Under the pieces are notes generated by a model that saw nothing but the letters and a program-made list of their open reading frames with translations, had not been told where the DNA came from and ran no database searches. Shown here one piece after another: positions 57,536 through 64,000 of a DNA stretch of 64,000 nt. The translations under genes were made by a program, and so were the position numbers. Source of the DNA: a virus; the IMG/VR virus record IMGVR_UViG_3300025030_001282, positions 1 through 64,000 of that record; one strand, 5' to 3'. Position 1 is the stretch's first letter; every line of letters begins with the position of its first letter.

Positions 57536-57618
57536 GCGTAGAGGCAAAATATTTGCCATACGCTACAGGGCGAAGTAATGTACCAGAAAGCACGACCAAC
57601 TATATCGCGGAGGTTTTT

Positions 57619-58041
57619 ATGTTGAAGAACCAGCACTCGTTCAGCATCCAGAACACCCTGGATCCCGAAACCCAAGAGCCGTTCGGCGAAAAATACGCCG
57701 GGCAATTTACCGTGCGGCGGCCCAGCGCTCACGACAAGAAAATGATCGCACTAAAAGATGCCGCGAGCATGGCCGTCTACGGCACGGTCGACCTCCGACT
57801 GATCGGCGAAGGCACTAAGCTTTTGTCCTACATCGACGCATTCGTGAAGCATGTAGCGGTGAGCGATCTTCCGAAATGGTTCGGCATGGACCAGATGTTC
57901 GACGACACGGACGAGAACGCGGCTTTGGCTGTATGGGAGGAGGTGCAGGCCTTTCTGGCCACCTTTCGACCTGCGAAAGGTGGCGGAGCTGGCGGAGGCG
58001 CAAAGGGGGAGTTTGAGCCTTTGGTACCGGAGAAAGTATAA
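57619..58041 (+). CDS. Tail assembly chaperone (gpG analogue)
   Basis: Between tube and tape measure; GGAGG RBS; GQFTVRRPS. Confidence 0.7.
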   Translation: MLKNQHSFSIQNTLDPETQEPFGEKYAGQFTVRRPSAHDKKMIALKDAASMAVYGTVDLRLIGEGTKLLSYIDAFVKHVAVSDLPKWFGMDQMFDDTDENAALAVWEEVQAFLATFRPAKGGGAGGGAKGEFEPLVPEKV

Positions 58042-58333
58042 CCTCCCGCCTAACGATCCGCTGTTCCTGGCCATCACCGACGAGGAGATTGCCCTGGAAT
58101 ATGAATATGATCTGATGGCTCAGGGGGAGAAACTGAAAACCTGCCCCAGGTGCGAAGGTAAAACCCACCAGAGGTGGTGCCCGGTCTGCACCATAGACGG
58201 GAAGCCCTTGCTATTGACAGGCGATAGGCTGGCGGACGAGGTGCAGAGCAGGATCGCAGCAGGGGAAGAACTAGACCTGAACGAGATTTTCCGAGTGACA
58301 CCAGGCGGATTTGAACCAGTCCCAAGAGGATAG
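57965..58333 (+). CDS. Chaperone extension (gpT analogue), probably reached by a +1 frameshift
   Basis: Overlapping +1 frame with WYRRKYNLPPNDPLF; ACC TTT CGA at 57961-57969. Confidence 0.65.
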   Translation, partial: FDLRKVAELAEAQRGSLSLWYRRKYNLPPNDPLFLAITDEEIALEYEYDLMAQGEKLKTCPRCEGKTHQRWCPVCTIDGKPLLLTGDRLADEVQSRIAAGEELDLNEIFRVTPGGFEPVPRG

Positions 58334-58336
58334 AGC

Positions 58337-61333
58337 ATGGCGCTTGAAATTGGCATAAAGGTAGATTCACGACAAGTGGCCGAGGCACGTCGAGAAGTCG
58401 AGGCTCTTAATAGATCCTGGACTGGCATGCAGGGACAGGACGACATTGCCATCGGCGTAGGTAGCAGTGATGAGCTGGCGAATACTGCGTCAATGGTGAC
58501 TAAAATCCGCGAGGAAATCGCGCGCATGGGCGAGCTTTCGGGGGCGGGCAGAGGACTGATCCAAAAAGAGCAGTTCGCCGAAGTCGGAGATCTGGCCAAA
58601 CGGGTGAGGGACGACATCCGCACATGGACAACTGAAATAGACAATGCAAAAGATGCCCTCAAAAAGCTAGCCGTTGAAAAGGCCAACCTCCGGCGCGGGG
58701 CAGCGCATAACAAGCGACAACAAGCCACGGACCAGGCTGATCCATCAGCCAGCCGACTGGACGCCATCACGGCGAAAGAGAAAGAGGCCCTTGCACGGAT
58801 AAAGCACTTGCAAGACCAAAAGGCAAAAGTGTTCCCGTTGGAAGACCGCGCCCTGCGCCCCGTCACCACCGTCAAAGAGCGGCAGATGGAGAAGTGGGCG
58901 GAACACCATCCCGCATCAGCCAGCCGACTGGACGCCATCACGGCGAAAGAGAAAGAGGCCCTTGCACGGATAAAGCATCATCAAGGACAGCGGTCGAAAG
59001 GGATGCCGCTGGAGAGGCACACCCGCACCACCCCGACCGCACCCCAAATGGAGCGGCTACCAAGAGAGAGCTCCCAAGTCCTAGAGGCTGCCAAAAAAGA
59101 GCAATTGCAAGGGGGGCATCAACCACTGGCAACGCCCCCTACCCCTCAAATCCATGGGCAGGGCGAGCCATCCTCCAAAGATGAGCTAAACATACCGGAC
59201 TGGATGGCAAAAACCCGCGAAGAAGTGCGACGCATGGGCGAGCTTTCAAGGGCAGCTACCACCAGAGGAGGACTCCTCCCTAAAAAACAATTCGAAGAAG
59301 CAGAGGGGCTTGGCAAGCGCGTACAGGTCAGCTTTTCCAAGTGGACGGACGAGATCGATAAAGCACGTGAGTCTCTGAAGAAACTGGCTGCAGAAAAGGA
59401 AAATATCGGACGCGACTTTATGATGGGCAGAGTCGCGCCCGATCACATGCAGGCCCGCATGGAGCGAGAGGCGGCGATCGAGGGAGAGGAGAAAACCGCA
59501 CGGGAGCGGCTCGCCTACATGGAGAAGCAGCAGGCCAAGCTGCAGCCGCTACAGGACCGAGCCCGGCAGTACTCCGGAGTGCTGGCAAATGCGGGGACCG
59601 ACCCCGAGCAGCAGGGCACCAGCATGAAGAAGGCCCTGGGATGGGCGCTGGCAGCGGCAGGTGGATTCTCCGTCATGAGCTTTCTCAGCCAGTCCCGTGG
59701 AAAGTACCAGGAGTACGTGGGGCACGAGGACCAGCTTTACGCCAGAGGCGTGCGGGATATCAGTGCAGGGGGAGGAGCCGCAGCGGCATACGGCGTCGAT
59801 CCGATGGAGCACTATGCGCTGCAGGAGCAGCTGACCCGCAGCATGGGCCTGAGCGGCAAAAGGCTGGGCCGCATGGGCTACAACACCGAGATGTTCGCCA
59901 AGGCCTACGGCATGAACACCTCCGAGGTCGGAGGCTTCGGCGCTTCGATCTACCAGACCACCGGCAGCCAGAACCTTCCGGCCTCGACCCTGATCGCCAT
60001 GCAGCAGCAGGGCATCGAGAAGACCAGGATGCCCGAGACCATGAAGCTGGTAGAGGGGCACCTCCGGGTAATGGCCGAGGCACGCAAGGGGGCCGGGCTC
60101 ACCGAGGGAAGCGTGGCGACGGCCCTTGCCCTGGCCACGGCAGCTATGCGGGAGAAAAACCCGGAGATGTCCGCCTACCTGAAGAGCGGCAACCTGACCA
60201 ACACGCTGCAGAACGGCCTGCAGGGTGCAGGATCCCCAGCAGGAGAGATAGCCATCGCCAACGCCGTGGGTATGTTCAGCGGCCCCATGACGTACAAGAA
60301 GATCCACGAAATGAACATGCTGCGCCAGGGCGGATTCATGGAGCGGCCCGACCTGATGAAGAAGCTCCTGTCCGACATGCCCCCAGGCCTGGACCGCGCC
60401 GGGAAGGCTGGATGGCTAGAAACAAAGTTCCCCGAATGGGCCAAGGGGAAGACGTCGGAGCAGCTCCTCACCCTGTTTGACCCAGAAACCGGGGCGCTAA
60501 ACGGGATGCACAAGGATAAGCTGGGCGGGAACGAGAGCGGAGCGCTCGCCGCCATGCTAAAGCAGATCAAGGAGAACCCCGCCTACGCCAAGAAGGTGCG
60601 CGAGGCCATGAAGACAGACCTCAAGGCCCGCGCCGGAGAGGGGATCGACGCGATCGTGTCCCCGATTGAAACCACCGCGCTGGAAGGCTCCGAGAGCATC
60701 TTGAACAGCGATTTCGTCAACACGGTTTTCAAGGGCAACGAGAAGAAGATCGTGAAGGAGAAGCTGTCCAGGGAGAGCACCAAGCTCCCCTACTACAAGG
60801 AGATGCTGGCAGCATCCAAAAAACACGGCGTGGCAGTGGAACTGCTGCTCGCCGTGGCGAAGCAGGAAAGTGGATTCAAGTCAGACGCAGTATCCCCGAA
60901 AGGTGCGATGGGGATCATGCAGCTGATGCCAGCAACCGCAAAAGCGCTCGGCGTGAAAAACCCGATGAACGCCGGAGAAAACATTGACGGGGCAGCCCGG
61001 CACCTTGCCTACCTGGGCAAGAAGTACAAATGGAACATGCAGTCAATGCTCGGAGCCTACAACGAGGGCGAAACCAAATACGACAAGTACGGGATCGCAG
61101 GCGGAGGAGAGGAAACGCGGAACTACGTGGCCAATGTGCGCGGCGACTTCCTGAACCGCACCGGTCTGACAAGGCTACCGGAAGACGAAACGGTCGGGCA
61201 ACGAATTTCCAGCGATATGTCCGGCATGGTATCCCTGAGCTTTGAAGCGGTGAAGGGGCTCCTAGAACGAATCGCCAAAGCACTGGAACAGCCAGCAAAC
61301 GGGCAGGCACAGCCGCTGCCGATCAACCATTGA
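58337..61333 (+). CDS. Tape measure protein with C-terminal lytic transglycosylase (SLT) domain
   Basis: Long helical protein; QESGF..AVSPKGAMGIMQLMP...AYNEG. Confidence 0.88.
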   Translation: MALEIGIKVDSRQVAEARREVEALNRSWTGMQGQDDIAIGVGSSDELANTASMVTKIREEIARMGELSGAGRGLIQKEQFAEVGDLAKRVRDDIRTWTTEIDNAKDALKKLAVEKANLRRGAAHNKRQQATDQADPSASRLDAITAKEKEALARIKHLQDQKAKVFPLEDRALRPVTTVKERQMEKWAEHHPASASRLDAITAKEKEALARIKHHQGQRSKGMPLERHTRTTPTAPQMERLPRESSQVLEAAKKEQLQGGHQPLATPPTPQIHGQGEPSSKDELNIPDWMAKTREEVRRMGELSRAATTRGGLLPKKQFEEAEGLGKRVQVSFSKWTDEIDKARESLKKLAAEKENIGRDFMMGRVAPDHMQARMEREAAIEGEEKTARERLAYMEKQQAKLQPLQDRARQYSGVLANAGTDPEQQGTSMKKALGWALAAAGGFSVMSFLSQSRGKYQEYVGHEDQLYARGVRDISAGGGAAAAYGVDPMEHYALQEQLTRSMGLSGKRLGRMGYNTEMFAKAYGMNTSEVGGFGASIYQTTGSQNLPASTLIAMQQQGIEKTRMPETMKLVEGHLRVMAEARKGAGLTEGSVATALALATAAMREKNPEMSAYLKSGNLTNTLQNGLQGAGSPAGEIAIANAVGMFSGPMTYKKIHEMNMLRQGGFMERPDLMKKLLSDMPPGLDRAGKAGWLETKFPEWAKGKTSEQLLTLFDPETGALNGMHKDKLGGNESGALAAMLKQIKENPAYAKKVREAMKTDLKARAGEGIDAIVSPIETTALEGSESILNSDFVNTVFKGNEKKIVKEKLSRESTKLPYYKEMLAASKKHGVAVELLLAVAKQESGFKSDAVSPKGAMGIMQLMPATAKALGVKNPMNAGENIDGAARHLAYLGKKYKWNMQSMLGAYNEGETKYDKYGIAGGGEETRNYVANVRGDFLNRTGLTRLPEDETVGQRISSDMSGMVSLSFEAVKGLLERIAKALEQPANGQAQPLPINH
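58743..58977 (+). repeat. Perfect 64-bp direct repeat (58743-58806 and 58914-58977) in the tape measure gene
   Basis: CATCAGCCAGCCGACTGG...GGATAAAGCA twice, 171 bp apart (in frame). Confidence 0.92.
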
Positions 61334-61340
61334 GGGGACC

Positions 61341-62633
61341 ATGACCACCACCCCCATGACACAATACGTGCCCGGCCACCGGGTAATCATCAGGGACTTG
61401 AAGACCGGCGACGTGAAGTTCGACGTCTCGAACGACCTGATATCCATAGCCACCAACAAGGCCTATGGCCGTTGCGCCGGAATGTGGCAGTTGCTCCTCA
61501 CCTACCGTGAGATCGACGGGCTACGCTACGACCAACTGATCCAGACCAACGACGTGATCACCATAGAGCTGGACGGCGGCAAGGGCAAGGGCCTGCAACC
61601 GGTCATGATCGGCGTGGTCGACCGGCCCTCCCGGACGTTCAACGCTTCGAGCAACATACCTCAGCGCCATGTAAAAGTCTGCGGCCAAGACCTGGGCAAG
61701 TTTCTGACCAAGGATATTGGCTGGGATATCAGCGGAGCCCAGGTGCAGAAGGTCCAGGAGCAAGGCGAGGGAGCCCCGAGCAAGGAACTGGAGGCAAATT
61801 ACCTTGCCAGGGTTACGCTGCAGGCGGGGACCGCTAAGACGCTCATTGAGCAGTTGATGCAGATATTCCTGAAATCACTAAGCTCCAGCGTGGTACCGAA
61901 GTTTCAGTTTAAGCCGACCACCGACGACGACTGGCAAATCTGGGACTCGTCCCTGCAGTATATCAGAAGCACCTCGGCCTGGAGTGCGATGGAGCGCTAC
62001 GCGCACAAGCCGTGGAATATGCTGCACGCCGACACGGTGGACCTGGAAACTTTCCAGGTGATCCTCGAGCGCAACCCCATCAACGATCAGGGGATGCTGG
62101 ACCGCCCGGACGCCGCCACCCACGAGATCGGAGACGAGGACATTACCCAGGAGGACGTTGGGACCAGCGACCATGAACGCATCAACCTGCTGTGCTACTG
62201 GCCCAGCATGTACCGCGTATCCGGGGACAGCACCATTGAGACGGTGATGGCGAACAAAGACCTCACATGGTTCGACGAGGAGGAAATCAAGCTTCACGGC
62301 TACTGCGCGAGGATCATCGAGGACAATTTTAACCCGCCCGACGTGCGGACCCCAAACGACGAAAACGGATACGACAAACTGGTGGGCGGAGCGGTAACCA
62401 GGGCAGAAACATTCTGGAACTGGTACTCCATGAACCACCAGCTGGAATCGGGCACCTTTGCCATCCATAGCAATCCATCGATAAAGGCCGGAGACGTGCT
62501 GCTCGTTCGCCAGGGCACCACCAGCATCAGGACCGAATACCTTATCGAGCAGGTAGGCCACACGCACACAGTCTGGCCCCGCGTGACGGCCATCACCACA
62601 TTGCACGTAACGAGAGGACAAAACCGTGCTTGA
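61341..62633 (+). CDS. Baseplate hub protein
   Basis: Follows tape measure; CGQDLGK, YLIEQVGH, TLHVTRG. Confidence 0.7.
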   Translation: MTTTPMTQYVPGHRVIIRDLKTGDVKFDVSNDLISIATNKAYGRCAGMWQLLLTYREIDGLRYDQLIQTNDVITIELDGGKGKGLQPVMIGVVDRPSRTFNASSNIPQRHVKVCGQDLGKFLTKDIGWDISGAQVQKVQEQGEGAPSKELEANYLARVTLQAGTAKTLIEQLMQIFLKSLSSSVVPKFQFKPTTDDDWQIWDSSLQYIRSTSAWSAMERYAHKPWNMLHADTVDLETFQVILERNPINDQGMLDRPDAATHEIGDEDITQEDVGTSDHERINLLCYWPSMYRVSGDSTIETVMANKDLTWFDEEEIKLHGYCARIIEDNFNPPDVRTPNDENGYDKLVGGAVTRAETFWNWYSMNHQLESGTFAIHSNPSIKAGDVLLVRQGTTSIRTEYLIEQVGHTHTVWPRVTAITTLHVTRGQNRA

Positions 62634-63375
62634 CGCAACCGGTGCACGACACCAGGAAAGCCTTAGAGAACCCCCCGCCATGCGCGAGGTGCGAACCATC
62701 GACCGGATACTAAAGGGAGTGATCCAGCCGGAAGGCGTTTTTTACCGCGACGACCCGCAGAACAAGACCGGACAGACGCTTGTCAACATCACCCTGTTCG
62801 GCGGATACCCCAACATCTCGAACGTCCCGCTCATGACCCAGAAGGTGAACAAAGAGAACGGCGTGGAATGGACGCCCGACCCAGGGGACGTCGTGTTGGT
62901 GCAGTTTATCAACGGGAACTTTTGGGAGCCCGTGGTGGTCGGCTTCCTTTCGCTGCCGGGCAACGAGATCCAGGCGAACAGTGACCAGGCCCCCCCAGGG
63001 AAGCGCCGCTACCATCTGCGCTGCAACAAGACGGACGTGGTCATCGACAAAGACGGCCACCGCACGACCACCGTAACCGGCAACGAGACGAAGCACACCA
63101 CGGTCGACGAGGCGCTGACCGTTGACGGCAAGCGAACCACGATCATCGAGGGGAACGACGAGACGACGATCAATTCAGGCGACCTGACCATCACCGTCTC
63201 GGCGGGCAAATGCACCGTCCACATCGCAGGCAAGACCGCTTGGACCAGCGACGAAACCATAGAACTGGACGGAGGCACTGGGAGCCCAAAAGGCTGCGTA
63301 CAGCTTGATTCCATCTGCCCCCTACTGAAAGCACCACATATCCACGGGTCTGCAACCGTGAAAGCGAGCAAGTAA
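62626..63375 (+). CDS. Baseplate spike (gpV/gp5-like)
   Basis: PDPGDVVLVQFING..PVVVG OB-fold, beta-helix repeats, C-terminal Cys/His tip. Confidence 0.8.
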   Translation: MLDATGARHQESLREPPAMREVRTIDRILKGVIQPEGVFYRDDPQNKTGQTLVNITLFGGYPNISNVPLMTQKVNKENGVEWTPDPGDVVLVQFINGNFWEPVVVGFLSLPGNEIQANSDQAPPGKRRYHLRCNKTDVVIDKDGHRTTTVTGNETKHTTVDEALTVDGKRTTIIEGNDETTINSGDLTITVSAGKCTVHIAGKTAWTSDETIELDGGTGSPKGCVQLDSICPLLKAPHIHGSATVKASK

Positions 63376-63599
63376 TGGCCATTTCTGGAACCGGTATGAA
63401 GAACAGATACTTCACCAAGATCGCGGCGCTAACCAGTCAGGGAAGTGACCCAGCTGCGGCAATTGCTCAATCCGATGCCATCATTCAGGCTCTTTTCGAT
63501 TCAATCTGTGAAGAGATCGTGGCGAACTCGGAGCTGGTCCCGGTAACCAAAGACAGCGGAACTGCAGGGGCAGGCATCATTACAGGAAAAGTGAAGTAG
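63375..63599 (+). CDS. Small baseplate-associated protein
   Basis: TAATG coupling; position. Confidence 0.55.
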   Translation: MAISGTGMKNRYFTKIAALTSQGSDPAAAIAQSDAIIQALFDSICEEIVANSELVPVTKDSGTAGAGIITGKVK

Positions 63600-63609
63600 G
63601 GAGGCCACA

Positions 63610-64000
63610 ATGGATCTAATAGGCGCAGCAAGCGCTATAAACGGCGTATTTGGACCGAAGAAGCAGCCGGCGAATCCAAAGGCCCGCGACCAGTCCTTAC
63701 CGTTCATGTTCGAGGTGTCTGGTGGAGACGTGGCGATCCCGGAACGGTTTATTCTGCCGCTCAATCCCGAATCGCTGCGCGTCTCGTGGCCTACGCGAAC
63801 AAATATAACCCACACCAAGGCCAGCGCATTTCAGGACAACATCGGTCTTGGCCTTCCAAGCTTCTCGCTTCAGGGCACCTTTGGGTACAGGGGAACCCTT
63901 GACAAGGGGAACGCCGCCCGGTCGCTCACAGGCGACAAGAAAAGCGCATGGGACCTGTACCAGGAATTGGAAGGCATGTTCAGGGCCTTTTACCTCCGGT
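63610..64000 (+). CDS. Baseplate/tail-tube-initiator-like protein (3' end outside the window)
   Basis: GGGAGG RBS; FILPLNPESL...DNIGLGLPSFSLQGTFG; frame open to the window end. Confidence 0.6.
   Translation, partial: MDLIGAASAINGVFGPKKQPANPKARDQSLPFMFEVSGGDVAIPERFILPLNPESLRVSWPTRTNITHTKASAFQDNIGLGLPSFSLQGTFGYRGTLDKGNAARSLTGDKKSAWDLYQELEGMFRAFYLR

Larger units (their letters stand above)
1743..57567. repeat. Dispersed asymmetric 15-bp motif TGTAGCGYATRNCAA, 11 copies
   Basis: + strand: 1743, 6706, 8422, 11075, 11096, 20936, 50550, 57035; - strand: 27052, 38766, 47074, 57553 is listed separately as the last - copy (see findings for all coordinates). Confidence 0.85.
1..64000 (+). mobile_element. 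Myovirus-like phage/prophage segment (both ends lie outside the window)
   Basis: Terminase, portal, protease, capsid, sheath, tube, tape measure and baseplate genes in order; co-oriented overlapping small genes; no host housekeeping genes. Confidence 0.97.

Noticed and set aside
57075-57578. 167-aa tail tube as given in the ORF track
   Set aside because: Its C-terminus is out of frame and runs through a terminator; the tube-like sequence continues in the -1 frame
1-64000. tRNA/rRNA genes, CRISPR array, integrase, IS elements, inteins, stop-codon recoding
   Set aside because: None recognised by eye; genes tile densely under the standard code. tRNAscan and Rfam were not run

Overview
The whole window is part of a GC-rich tailed phage or prophage genome with a contractile tail; almost all genes are on the + strand, and no integrase, replication module, lysis cassette, RNA gene or CRISPR array is visible. 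Bases 1-4.9 kb hold a DNA methyltransferase fragment, TerS and TerL. Bases 4.9-27 kb hold more than 50 tightly packed small accessory genes (Ead-like, YopX, Lar, radical SAM, FtsK-gamma, GIY-YIG, MazG-like, KTSC, DUF968) plus an Mtd-like C-type-lectin gene with diversity-generating retroelement (DGR) target hallmarks. Bases 27-64 kb hold a SPO1/A511-like morphogenesis module: portal, MuF-like protein, protease, scaffold, capsid, neck, sheath, tube, chaperone, tape measure and baseplate. The main unexplained system is a shared hydrophobic-x-K-[S/A] motif that occurs 12 times in the scaffold, at the capsid N-terminus, and at every domain boundary of a 2131-aa protein. That protein carries sigma-70-like, DdrB-ParB, HAD phosphatase and zincin/LPD1 domains, which suggests a virion-packaged polyprotein cut by the head protease. 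Its linker also hides an overprinted gene. An asymmetric 15-bp motif (TGTAGCGYATRNCAA) recurs 11 times. All family assignments come from recognising motifs by eye; no database search was run.
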